Assembly (NCBI RefSeq): GCF_002571385.2
Contig: NW_019217788.1
Span: 507,201-571,200, forward strand
Length of the DNA stretch: 64,000 nucleotides
Direction: 5' to 3'
Source of the DNA: Stylophora pistillata
Lineage: Eukaryota
In this document: positions 26,801 through 46,290 of the stretch, one piece after another
Layout of the letters: each line of letters begins with the position of its first letter
How positions within the stretch are numbered: the stretch's first letter is position 1
Notes under the pieces: generated by a model
What the model saw: only the letters and a program-made list of their open reading frames with translations
Told to the model about the DNA's origin: nothing
Databases searched by the model: none
Translations under genes and position numbers: made by a program

Positions 26801-27362
26801 GTAACAAGAATTTAAGAGGCTCTAACAGCTCAGTTTTATTAGACTCGCAAGGTCTTGCTTGAATCAAAGGTTCTGCAGGACACCTTTTAAAAGAACCGCA
26901 GATCCTATATAGAAATTACTGTCAAAACAAAGTGATAGGAAGATCAATTCGCACGTCGAACTGTCAAGTGACTTTTGAAAACTGCACTTATAAGTGGCTG
27001 TAAATGCGATTTACATGTTCCCGCTAGGGAAGTTTGACACGTACTCTGTCCAACCTTAGCAGTTGTACAGTTCCTGCTGAAAAATTGTCGCTACGCTTTT
27101 AAAGTCTCTCACTTTGTTTACTTCAGGTATGTTCATTCCTTTATCAGTTTTATTTCTCTCGCTCTGGTTTCGTTCATCCGTTTTCCTCAAATTTTCCACT
27201 AAATTCATCAAAGCTAATATCATTGATTCTTCAATTGATTGGCCCAGCTGTTAGTGAGAATGCTACATTCCACTGATATTGGGACGCCTTTGAATCGCGC
27301 ATAAAACAGAGGTTAATTCCTTGAAGACATTTTATTTGCAGCAGTACTTACGCTCTGGAAAC

Positions 27363-30008
27363 ATGTCTCTATCAAATGTGGTGCGACGCACCGTCGTCCT
27401 GTTCATTTTAGTTCTGTCAAATACTTCACTGAGTTCCGCAAATCAACACAGTGCAAGAAAAAATGTCAATGAAGTCACAACCACAAGGTCTCAACCGAAA
27501 AATCCCTTACTAAAGACTCCTCAAGTCGACCATGAGCTGTGCAAAAAACCGATTTTTCCAATTCTTCCCCCCGGCTGGGCCCTACCACGTTCCTTGTGGT
27601 CTGTCCGCGCCATGATGTTTCTGCAGATTTTACCGGACGGCACAATTAACGGAACTCTGAAATTCCATGAACACGGTAAACTTGTTATCTTATTTAAATT
27701 TTTTATTTCATCCATCTCACATGACCTTGGTTCATTCACTTTAACTCGGGATCAACGAGCTGTTGACTCAATCAGATAGCAATTGCACGCAAAGCTAAGA
27801 CACTAGGCACGAGTTAGGATTTACGACATACGGAAACTCTAGCAATGAAATATTCGTGTTTAGTAAACGTTTTACTGCGGATTTCGAGCTTACGTACCTT
27901 TGCGTTTGGATTAATCATAATCACTTAAGTACGGTTATTACAAATGTTTTGTAAGTTTTAGTTCTCCTTGGCTTCCACTCGGCAAGAGAATGTGTCAGTG
28001 TTCTGATGTGTTTATCAAAGTCACAGGGTGTATTCCTTTAGAACTTGGCTGGGGAGGTGAGCTCCTACGCAGAAACCCCAGCATGAAGCTCAGCGTGTTG
28101 TCATCTCACCCAGGGAGACCACAAGAAACATTACCCCAAGGGAAGTTCATTCCCTCCAGTATCCATTTTTCCGTGGCGGTATTTCGTAACTCAAGTGTGT
28201 ACTGTTATGTTTAATTTAAAATTCCATTTACGAACATTTTCTCAGGTCTGTTTTTTTACCTTAGTGTAATTTTGGTTCACATCTAGTGAGAAATAAGAAA
28301 ACCGCAAACCGTGAAAACAAACAGATATTTGTCGGCTTTCCATCAAATGTTTAATCTACAATATCAAACTCTCTGTCGGCTTTGTTTTTCCCGTTTGTTA
28401 ATGTCTTGTTACAAGTAAACAATTTTAATGTGTTATGATGTTATTCTGCCCAGTGACGCAAATCCAACGCGCTCGGCAAATCTGGACGCCGACGGACTCA
28501 GATTTGACATAACAGTTGGAAAGTCTATTACATAAGGGTTATTTTATTGTTATTACGATGTAATTACAATGTTTGAGAGGGGTTCGGAAGTGAGCAGTTT
28601 TTGTAAAGTCTCCATGTTTCCCGCTCAGCACTGATCCATGGATAAGTTTCCATGTTATCATTTTAATGAGTGCACCTTCGAAAATAACGCTTTTACGGAG
28701 TGCATTTCATCATTCATTTTTAAAACTGACCGCAGCTACGAGTATCCCGGCTGTTTAAAATAAAGAGTACTAGCGGCCGCCTTACTTAAGTGACAGATCA
28801 AGTAAGCTTAATGCAAGGTCACCTACTGTCAAATATCTTCTGCAGCTTTACGGATGTAAGTTGGGCTCTATGAACTTTTTCGCTTGATATAGTTTCTTTG
28901 ATTAATTTTAGAATGGCCGTGCTATTTAGAAATTTTCAGACACAGACGAATATGCGCTATTTTCTGCTTTCCTCTACATACTCGCGTGGAATTGGAGTCT
29001 GTGCATGAAAATTCGCATCCAATTTAAAAGGTCTGTAACTTCTGGCGTTTGAGAGACAGAAGACAGGAAGTGGAGTTCACTTCTGTATTGAGTCAGCTTA
29101 CCGAGATCTCGAAAGATATTTTGTAAATGTATTGGACTTCATACTAAAGTCCAAGTTTAGTTAATCTTGACTCAATATTGATTTGATTTCTGAATGTTTC
29201 AATCCGCTGTACCTCGCAGCTTGGACTTCGTGAATGCAATGCAATAAAGGCGTGCAGTTTCTTCAGCAGTGTTGTTCAAAATTAACAAATTGCAACATTC
29301 TTAAAACACTTTGCAACTATAATTTGAGTGGTCAATATGGTATAATTTAATTTTATCTTTAGAGCATAAAACTGACCCTTAGTCAAACTGGTCAACATAC
29401 TGATCCGTTTGGTTTGTTTGATTTAACAGCAAAACTAGCATTGGAAGTAGTCGACAACTGTAGTGTAAGGATAAAAGGCGTGGCCACTGAAAGATATCTC
29501 GCTATGGGGGTAAATGGAACTCTTGTCAGCCAGGTGAGGATTTCTGATGGGAGCTAGCGCGGCTTCCTTTTCAAATTCGCGAGCGATTCTATTTGGAATT
29601 CAGTTATGGTTATCCTGTGATGCAATCACATATAGAACCAAGTACTCACCACTTAACACTTTTTCTCACTTATGTGACTCCTGACATCTAAGTTGCTGTG
29701 TGTTTAACACTCACTGAATGTGTACTTTTTTCTTCCAGATTGATCCAGACCGAATCAGATCCATTTTCAGAGTTCAGCTACAGAAGGAATTTTTTACATT
29801 CAAAAATGGCGAATTTTTCATTGCGCTTAAACATGGTGGCACCACGAAGAAAGTTAGAGGAAATCAGAATGGTAGAAGCAATCGGCGGAGCACTCGCTTT
29901 GTACTGTTGGACCGAACACCGAGAAAACGAAGATTTCCGTCAGCTCTCGGCTCACCGAGAATGAAAGACTTTGAGCCGAAACTCTTTGAGGGTTTGCAGA
30001 AGCGCTAA
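27363..30008 (+). CDS. Fibroblast growth factor family protein (secreted, divergent)
   Basis: Exons 27363-27675, 29430-29533 (104 nt, the canonical FGF middle-exon size) and 29739-30008. Hydrophobic signal-like N-terminus (VVLFILVLSNTSLSSA). Beta-trefoil motifs FLQILPDGTINGT, VRIKGVATERYLAM..NG.L, FFIALKHGG, TRFV. Possible upstream non-coding exon ending 27126 (cag|gtatgt). Confidence 0.85.
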
Positions 30009-32110
30009 CCTGAACGAAGGAACAAAAACCGAATTTCCTGGTAAAATATCAAGTCTTGACAACCATATATATAGCATTTGCAGTTCAAAGTCTTGAGTCT
30101 GACTACTCATTTTGTCTCAGTTTTTTTTTTTTTTTTTTCAGTTAAGTATGAGCAAAACAGCAATGGGAGCAGTTCAACTGTTTTGTTTTGTTCACCTAAA
30201 AGTGCATGCTAAATCAAGTTGTGTCGCAGCAGAGCCTGAAATGAAGAGAAAGGTGTTGTTATTCTCTCTACTTCAGTTCCTTCTCTGCAACTCCAAGTTC
30301 GAATTAGGAAATCATTTAACACAAACATAATGAGAACTAAATTACCTTTTTTTGCTAGTCAAAAATCGGACAGAAGATAGCTTTGTGATATTGAGACCTC
30401 AGTGGTTCCAAAAAGATTACGCGCGCTTGAATGAGCCAATCACCACAATTCTTAGAGCCGATGCAATGTACCAGCAGGACTGAGTCCGATGACCCGCAGT
30501 TCCAGACCTTCATCAATTAAGTACTTCTCGATCAAGAGTCATTCAGGGTCTGGGAAACGCCACATATTTTCAAACACACACGCAGCACAACGCACCGTGA
30601 ATTCCTTTTGACGTAGTTGGTCGCATAACTCTAACACTTTGGCTTCCCAAAGCGTTTTAAGAAATACAACTTACTTTTATAAGGGCTACATTTCGGTCAT
30701 TCAAGTAGATGATGTAAATCGTATTTGTCAGTGTAGTAAGAGATTAACTGTTGGAATTAAAAAGTAAATTAAAAATAAGCTCTATAGCTGTAAATAAACT
30801 TATTGTGGTATGTAACAATTTTTTTTTTCGGACCGGGGAGACCGCGTCATACGGTATACTGTAAGGAACCCTGTTAGGCCTTCACCACATAGATACAGCG
30901 AGGTAAAAAAGTGTCCGTTTTAATGCCAACCAATAAGATGAAATATCAACGTCACTTTTTATTCCTATTACAAACGCTCCGTTCTCATCAACCTTTTTAT
31001 CTGAAATATAGGCGATAACGAATCAGAAAGAATATATTTTAAAATAACACACATTTGTGTTGTTGGGGTCAGAGATGATCTTTTCATATGGTCCAGGCAG
31101 TAAAAGATCATTGTTCAACACAATGAACAGCCGCTATAAAACCATATTTTATCCAACGAAAAGCACCAGAGAAAAATATCGTCAATTGTTTTTCCTTTTG
31201 TTGTGTTAATCTTTGTTTAGAAAATAGCACTGTTTCCTAGACAACTTATACGCTGTTCAGTTTTACATTGATTGGCAAAAACTTGGTCGTTAATTTGCAA
31301 TTCAGATTCACTGAAGATTTATTTTGTGTTCGTTTGTCTTAGTTCTTATTTTTGTCTCGCACATGTTCTCCTTTTGCTTTGTTTTTGAGCTTTTGTAAGT
31401 TTGTTTTAACCGATTCTGTTAAACTGATCTAGCGATATATGTTTGAGCAAAATAACAAATTTCATACAGTATTAGCTACAGAAATACGCAAAACAAGAGG
31501 CTTTCAAATGTAAATACAATACAGCAGATGTGTACACTGTCAGAAATTAAATTTGCGAGTCAAAATGTGAGAGTGCACCAACCATTATCTACTATAGGCA
31601 ACAGGAAACTTTACAAGATCAACTTGTTATTTTCAAGAGTTCCTCATACAACACAAGAAGAAATATTTTCTCAGAGCAAACAACATTCACTCCAAGACAA
31701 AGACGGACAAGAAACTTTATTCTGTATGTGGAACATTTTTCTGGTTCTAGGACAGGATATCACAGATTGCATGTTTGACGAAAAAGCCGTAAGTCCATCT
31801 GTAAAATTGGAATCATGATATTCTGAAAATTGGATCTTGTATTCTGATCTCAAGTTGAAAGCTTCTGTCAATTTTGGATGTGACTGAAACGTTTAAAACT
31901 CTGCTGTTTTTCAGTCGTTACGGTGAGCGTGCGAATAGAAATTCGGATGAGCCTGAATTTCATCGTTCAGAGTTTACACATCGGTTTACCTTAATTCTTT
32001 GCCCGTGGCTTCTCAGGCGGCAAGAATTGTCAGAAGAATCTACGCAATCATAAAATTGAGCAAGCGTTTCAAGTTAAGTTTGATTTTTATTTTCGAGAGG
32101 GGTTGTACCC

Positions 32111-32749
32111 ATGGGCGATCAAGTCTTCTCCCGAACCCTATCTTCTTCTTCTTCACACAGTGGGACAGAACGCCGCGCTCCGTCGGTGCAAGCGCTAAAG
32201 ATCATGGGGGGTCTCGAGGAAGAAGAAAGTAAGCGGGTCACGTCAGACAGTAATAAAGCTTGGTTACAAGGCCCCCACTCTCTATCACGACAAAGTTGTC
32301 GCTTTGAGCTTCCAATGGACATGCTTGTTCTTGAGCAACTGTCTCCTTTGCAATACGTATCTCAGTTTTGCCGTGTTAACAGTCGCCGTAAGACTCTCTT
32401 TCGACATTATTTCGTTAAAAATGACCGAGATAGGGACGGTGTTATGAACAAGAGAGAACTCCAAAGCGCTCTCCGAGATCTGTACGCCCAGTCCATCGAC
32501 ACTGCACAAGTAAATGCTATTCTCGAACTCTTAGACATCGAGAGATCCATGCGTGCGTTTGATCTGGATGTGTTCACGGCTGTGGCAGCGTTCTCTGAAC
32601 GCTATTTGTACTACTACTATAGCTTAGCCGTGAATAATCAAACCGAAAGACGAATGGTTTTGGAGGAGACTGACTTCTGTGCCTTGCGCTGGAAACTTGA
32701 AGGATGTCAAATCGATGACAAGTTGAAGAATGTTCTAGCAGTGTTATAG
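32111..32749 (+). CDS. Uncharacterised EF-hand protein (single exon, or last exon of a longer gene)
   Basis: 212-codon ORF with protein-like composition, a canonical EF-hand loop DRDRDGVMNKRE and a degenerate second hand (LDIERSMRAFDLDVF). Confidence 0.7.
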   Translation: MGDQVFSRTLSSSSSHSGTERRAPSVQALKIMGGLEEEESKRVTSDSNKAWLQGPHSLSRQSCRFELPMDMLVLEQLSPLQYVSQFCRVNSRRKTLFRHYFVKNDRDRDGVMNKRELQSALRDLYAQSIDTAQVNAILELLDIERSMRAFDLDVFTAVAAFSERYLYYYYSLAVNNQTERRMVLEETDFCALRWKLEGCQIDDKLKNVLAVL

Positions 32750-32849
32750 CGATCACCTAAGGTCAGATAAACCAAGGCTGCTTTCTTCCTAATCTGATTT
32801 CATTATTCTGTGATGGTTACATGTAAGGATAATACAAAGCCATGATACT

Positions 32850-33240
32850 GTCAATGCGGTTGGTGGTTGGGACTACCTGTCACATGCGCAGTGAAGTGAG
32901 CCAGTGTTTCGATGGGTGGGGACGAATGAGAGTGCGGGCACATGCAAAAGTCAGCGGGTCTCGGTCTTCCCAGTCCCCTGATGTTTCCCTTGCTGCTCTT
33001 CACCACAGATTGCCAAGTATGGCCCACAGGAGGAGGAGAAGGCAAACGCAGCCTCCGAGGTTATGACCTCTTTGAAAAACACCGGTAGACTTTCCCCAAG
33101 TAGCATGATTTTAAGTCTGAACTGACACTCTTGGCTGTGGGCTCGGTTCTGCGTAATTACTTTTCTCGACATACTAGCATGTACTGCTTGCGGCCAAAGC
33201 AACTTCATCAATCCGAGTTGAAATAAAGTTACTTACTTAG
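32850..33240 (+). mobile_element. Possible SINE/retroposon remnant downstream of the EF-hand ORF
   Basis: GC-richer island ending in aataaagttacttactt, a short-repeat tail of the kind seen on LINE-mobilised elements. No clear tRNA head or TSD found. Confidence 0.3.
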
Positions 33241-34028
33241 CTGTAATTATGCCTGTTTCAGGACCTCAGTTAGTCAGGGGGATCTGAAAGGAAGAGCTGG
33301 CAAGCGACAAACGGCAGTTGCAGATTCAGGGAAACGACTGCTTCCATAATTTTCCTTTGCCTAAATCACGCCTTTTTCGTCTGTCCGCCTTTCTTTACTC
33401 GATTAGCCTAACCCAGGCTGACAAAGGGTTTGGCGATAAGAAAGGGCATGCAGTATTCTAGCTTGGGTCTCCAAAAAGTAACAGCAAGAGATAATGTTTA
33501 TGAACTCTTGTTCTACATGTATTTATATCAAATTACACACAAAAGAAATGATGTAATCGATAATAGAGTAACAACGACGCTAAATTTCAAAGTGATTTTT
33601 CATAACTGGTCTCGATGAATTGAGAATCATATTTACTGTGAGCTGTTTCACTCTGGAAGTAGCACTCCTTATCTACTGAAATTTCAAGTCACACAAATGG
33701 ATTTGAAAATGTACACATACTGAAATTTTTAAAAAACTAAAACATTTTCTTTGTAACGGGTGCCTTACAAATTTTCAGCTGACTTTACCGACTATATTAC
33801 CAACATTATTATTATTATTATTATTACTATAGTGGATAAAGGTTTATCATTAGTCAAAAAGTATTAAAATGATTAGTATTATTATCATTATTTTTATTAT
33901 TCGTTTGGATCATTCCACTATTGCCCTTATTCGATCTACTACACTTATAATGAAATCAGTCTAAAACGGAAACCATCAGAATCCATGAAAGTCCCGCACT
34001 TTACAATGATAGTTGCCATAATTCACGA

Positions 34029-34107
34029 GATAACACGGCTATCTTTAGCCCTTAGGAACCGCTCATTATAACACGGCTATCATTAGCCCTCAGGAACCGC
34101 TCATTAT
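34029..34107. repeat. Short tandem duplication (~39 bp x2)
   Basis: ataacacggctatc(t/a)ttagccc(t/c)-aggaaccgctcattat repeated head to tail. Confidence 0.75.
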
Positions 34108-34262
34108 TTATCAACTGGAGAGGGGGAGGCGGAGGATTTGGTTCTGTCATGCTAAAATAATTTAACTGCGACCTGATAAGGACCTATTCTCCTTTTTTCG
34201 CACTGAAAACCACGTACCCCTACCTCCTCCGACCTCCCCCAAGCAATAAATAGCAACAGCAA

Positions 34263-35317
34263 CAGGGCTGAATAACGTCTGCGCATGTGCGAGATCTCTT
34301 GGCTCGCGCTAGGGCCAATGGCCTGGGCACCATAACAAACTTCGAAAAAATGGCGGCGTTTTTAAAAAGTTTCGTATAGCGCCCGGTTTTTGGTGAAAAG
34401 GTAGCGCCAGACTGAAAACGGTAGAAAGAAATCTTTACGCTAGTTCCCTCGTTCATTGAACTACACATACACTTTTGTACACTGAGGTTTAAGGGTTGTA
34501 CACTTAGTGAAAACAGCGCGTTAACACGACAGATTTATCGAAGACTTAGCAGATGACATCTTACGCGGTGTCTTGGATGTTATCGACGTCCATCCTATTG
34601 TTCTTTAGTTCCCATGCAAAGCCCAATGAGCGGACTTGGTGGTTTATTAAGCGAACACGAGCTGGAGAAACATGCCAAGGTCGATTGAGGCGGTTTGACG
34701 AGGCCATTGCTCGGTTTGTGGACGGAAATTTAAATTCGANGTTGAGGTGTCCGCTGACCAGTAAAATACTGTATCGTGCCCTAAAAAACGTATTTCCGCG
34801 GTGTCATCTGGCATGGTATAACACACAGCGTTTGTATTCACATAAATATTAACTTACGACTAGCGCAAGAAAGGTGCCGTTTTGATTACAAAACAAACTA
34901 AGATCGTAATACTCACCTCTAGCGACACTTTTCCAAACTCTCATGTTGCCATCAATGTCTCCCAAACATCATTTCTTTCTCAAACGAAGCAGACGAGTGT
35001 AAATCGAAACGAAGAACGCGTCGTGGCGGTTGAATCAAAAGGCGTCTCCAAAGCTCAGAATATTTACTGCTTTAACGACAAGTTTTCTCGTATTTCTCGG
35101 CATTTCTTCGAGGAAAAATTTCGGATTGTTCAAATTTTCATTTTCCAAAGCATAAAAAGGAGATATTTGTGTTTAGGTGCAAAAATAATGGAAGACTTTC
35201 AGTTCCTTTCTTGTCGTTATTCAACTGAAGAGGAAAGAACCACGCATCACGCTCGCGCCGAAATTTTGATGTTGTTGTAATGACATCTCGCACATGCGCA
35301 GACGTTATTCAGCCCTG
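34263..35317. mobile_element. Non-autonomous DNA transposon (~1.05 kb) with perfect 33-bp TIRs
   Basis: cagggctgaataacgtctgcgcatgtgcgagat (34263-34295) and its exact reverse complement (35285-35317). No transposase ORF inside. Confidence 0.82.
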
Positions 35318-35523
35318 TCAGTAACAGCCGAACCAACAACCGAAAGAATAACCGCGCGAGACTGGTCTCTCTACCCATGGCGCCGCGCGCGCCTGTAACT
35401 TCCCTGTGACTTCCTGTAAATCTTGAGTTGTGGCAAAGAAGTTGGCGACAAGAATGTGGACCTAAGCGTGATACAAACTGTTGTTTGACCCTTTTATAAT
35501 CAAACATAAGAAGAAAATTAAGA

Positions 35524-42215
<6,692 letters not shown>

Positions 42216-44447
42216 CAGGTGTCCTTGTGCAGCGTTCCTTTCTAGATGTCCTTGTAACAGCAGATATAATAGCAAGAAAGCAAGCTAGTTTGGACAGAGA
42301 GCTTCATATTATTTTGTAGACTACTCTAAGAAATGTAACTTTAGGGTTGCATTCCATTGTTTCTTGATTACAGTCCAGGCTAGTCTGCTCCAGAAAATGT
42401 ACTTTTTTATCACGTTAAAAAAAAAAAATTTTAATTTCAAAAATGTACTTCTTACTACATTTTTAGATCACACAGTTTCCTGACCATTAAAAAATTTCCA
42501 GGATATGTGCTAGAAATTTAAATAGATACTACCTTTAAAAAAACAACTTATCGTCCTGGCTGCCACTACCCATATGGTGGATGGTACAAAATTTGACATG
42601 TTGCTGGTCTGGTTATCACAAAAACTAGACTTGAAAATATTGTTTGGGAGAGTGATACCTTCATACATTGCTTATAGAAAGATAGATGTAGAAAGTGGTG
42701 GTTATGTTGTAGATGAGTAGCTAGGTTTCTAGGCAAGATGCAAAATGGAAGCATCTATAAGTGTATGCAAGCATATCTGGAGACAATTGTTTGAGAGATC
42801 AAGTCCTTTGGAAATTATTCTTGTTATAGTACTTCTTACCTGTGAGTTAATAGCAAAGCTGGACATTGACACACACTATGACAACTAGGCAGTAGAAGGG
42901 TTAAATTCATGAATTATTTACTTTGGCAAGTGAGGTGAGAGAATGGGAAAGAAAGCATTGTTTTTAAATTTAAAAAAAAGTGAATGCAAACAATTTCAGC
43001 CACTTAAAGTAGGATATCATATTTCTGAAAGTTATGAGTAACTTCACAAGTAATTTCCCCTTGCTCTATCAATGCATTAAAGAGGAAATACCTTAAAAGA
43101 AGTTATGAGAAGGAAGACACTCACCAGCTGAAGATGTTATCTTATTAGAACACCACAGCCCTTTGTTGATTTTCTAAAAAAAAGTGTGATGGCTGAAAAG
43201 GAGAGTTCCAAATCAGATACTTGGAACTGAGTAAAAGTGATAACAAGACAAAAAGTGTAACATTTATGTGTTGGTTAATATTAGAGAAGATGATTAATTC
43301 CTGCATCTTAATCACCCTGCTTTTGGTAATGTTTGGTCCACAACGTGGCTGATGAGTTGCTTTTATTTCATTGTGGTATTAATTTAAGGAGACAAACTTG
43401 TGTTATTGAGTGTGAAAGAAGTAGTCACAGAAAGGATCTTGGTTTGGGAACTGTTGAAAGTAGCTACATGTCTCCTGAGTGAACTGAACAAAGAGAAGTG
43501 AAGTGCTAATAATTATCTTAATTAGGGAATTGTTGAAGGTAGCTCTATTATCTACCCTGGTATCATGTAAGACTAACGGGAGATTTTGTTACAAATTACA
43601 AATGAACGTAAGCATAATGATCTGTAGGAGTCTCCCAGAAACAGACACGGACATAGCTCATCAGTGGTTGTGTGTTGCCAACATATTAACTTTTCGGTTA
43701 TGGCAGGATTTAGATAAATCTATTACCTTTATGAAGAAACAGCAAACTACCCATGGAAAGTAAATTGTCCAATTTGACTCACTTTCCCGACTAGAATGTC
43801 AGACGAAAAGTTAGTGTCCAGCCTTTATAAAAAGGAGTTAACATTTAATTACAACTGTATTCCTACCCTGGCACTGTAATCTCTTTAACTTTTACGCAGG
43901 CGCTAAGTTTCGTATTAGGTTGTAGAAGTACGATTTTTGTTTTTCCTTGTGTATCTGAGTAAACAATGGTGCTGTCTATATATTGCGTTCTATAACTGAA
44001 TAAACAGTGGTGCTGTCTATATATTTGAATGTTTGGTGTACTTGTAAAGGTCATTCATTTTTGTCTATGTTGATACTTCTATTTTTGCAGGCCCTTAAAA
44101 TTTAATATTCAGCCGTGACTGTTAGAACAGGTTGACTCGAATTAAGTTTGTTTGTGGTTTCCGGTTGCAACCCATGTACAAAGACTGTTGTGCACTAAAA
44201 TCTGATATTTGGAACCACCCAACATTTTCAGACGTGAAGTATGTCCTGGAATTGTTGGGCAACGATTTCTGTAAGCGGCAACAGTAAATCAAGGTCCCTT
44301 ATCTCGTTGCCTTTCAAATTGTTGGTATGGTCGTGCTGGTGCATCAGGCGGCGTTGTGTATTGTTTATATAATACCCCTTATCTGTGGAACCTGTGTTAA
44401 ACGGTCACTCCGTCATTCCTCGGTGTCGCTGTTGTTTTAGTTTTGTA

Positions 44448-44891
44448 NNNNNNNNNNNNNNNNNNNNNNNNNNNNNNNNNNNNNNNNNNNNNNNNNNNNN
44501 NNNNNNNNNNNNNNNNNNNNNNNNNNNNNNNNNNNNNNNNNNNNNNNNNNNNNNNNNNNNNNNNNNNNNNNNNNNNNNNNNNNNNNNNNNNNNNNNNNNN
44601 NNNNNNNNNNNNNNNNNNNNNNNNNNNNNNNNNNNNNNNNNNNNNNNNNNNNNNNNNNNNNNNNNNNNNNNNNNNNNNNNNNNNNNNNNNNNNNNNNNNN
44701 NNNNNNNNNNNNNNNNNNNNNNNNNNNNNNNNNNNNNNNNNNNNNNNNNNNNNNNNNNNNNNNNNNNNNNNNNNNNNNNNNNNNNNNNNNNNNNNNNNNN
44801 NNNNNNNNNNNNNNNNNNNNNNNNNNNNNNNNNNNNNNNNNNNNNNNNNNNNNNNNNNNNNNNNNNNNNNNNNNNNNNNNNNNNNNNNNNN
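44448..44891. other. Assembly gap (444 N)
   Basis: Run of N. Confidence 1.
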
Positions 44892-45084
44892 TGAAGATAA
44901 TTTTATATCTTCGTCAATGGAGTTGAGGGGAGGCTTATTAGTAAATTTCTTACAAATTGAGGAAGGTCAAACCTTTTTTATTCGCAGCAGGGGGAGGGTC
45001 ACAGTTTTTTTTGGCAAAATTTTCCTCCCTAGATCTCCCGGCAGCCGCTGAATTATCCGAGGTCACAAAAGCCAAGTTGTGATT

Positions 45085-46290
45085 TAGATAGCTTTAGATA
45101 GATAGCTTTATTAGGAAGTAAAATCATTGCAGCCCCTGGGCCGGCTGAAATACGACTTACTTTACAATGGGAATAAATTATCTCTTACTCTAAGATAGCT
45201 ACAATAAAAGCCGCAAAATGTAATCTACAATAAAATACAATAAGAGAAGTATCAAAAACCAAAATACAAATATTTAAGATAGGTACTAATTTTTAAAACT
45301 GTTCGCCATGATAAATGTGTTTTTGAAACTAATTGTCTTACAAATCGGTAGCTTGAAGTATCTCTGGCTGCAGGTGCGATAGGTGGACTTGTTGCGTGGA
45401 GGCAGCAGATCATGGAGCTTGTGGTTTTCGTCCCTTACAATCTGATCAAATAGAGCATCACACAAGATCTCCCTCCTCCCGTACAGTGACGCAATGTCAA
45501 GAGCTACTAGAGCCTCAGCGTGGGATAAGTCTGTAACCCCGAAAGGTCACATGTGTAGCGAGGGTCGTAAGCGACGAATTTGGAGACCAGACAATCGTAA
45601 CGCACAACGTAAACTTTAATTGAAATAGCGTAAAAGAGCAGCGGCTTCTAGAATGATAGATAGATGATTCGATATGTAGCTTTGCATAGCGGTAAGGTCT
45701 TTTTGCAGTGAGATTTGTTGTGGTTCGAACTAGAAAGCAAAGAAAGGAACCTAAATAAGCCGACGCCTGTGGATATACTATTTTACCTGGACGCACGTGG
45801 CATAGAATCGCGAAACTACACAAGCGCTAAAGATAATCATGCCAATTAAGATAATGAAGCTAACTATAACGATCAAGTAAATATAATGGCTTACTTTAGT
45901 CTGGCTCCTAGCGGTAATAGGTAGCTGATATGTGGCGGTGAAAAGGAAAATAGCGTTGCAACGATAAACCTCTCAAAGAACTACGTGCCTTACACAATGA
46001 AATCCGATCGCTAAACCTTTCACGCAAGTATGTACAGTTGCGCAAGAAGTAGATAATCAAGGAGAACAAAACAGGAATCACGGCTAAATATAATCAAACG
46101 AACTATTATGGTATGAAAGTAACAAAGTCAGGTTGAATCATCCGCAACGCGCGTTTTTGCAACCTTTCCATTTCATTAGACCGATATTGCGGCAAAGAAT
46201 GATGAAAAACTGGGCACGCATATTCTAATCCAGGGCGACATTTCGTAGTGTAAATTAAATTTGCACAGTCGGCTTCTTTGAATTTTTTCT
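45085..46290 (-). mobile_element. Decayed CR1/L2-group LINE 3' end, split by ~600 bp of unrelated sequence
   Basis: - strand RPGLEYACPVFHHSLPQY..EMERLQKRALRMIQPD (~46130-46250), continuing as AEALVALDIASLYGRREILC...HKLHDLLPP...FKNTFI (~45310-45512). Tail aataaagctatctatctaaagctatc at ~45085-45112. Confidence 0.75.

Noticed and set aside
24100-27000. Short ORFs (25820-26188, 26494-26862) upstream of FGF
   Set aside because: No recognisable motifs or splice partners; probably regulatory intergenic DNA.
44385-45051. ORFs of 169 and 202 aa
   Set aside because: Artefacts of translating the N run.
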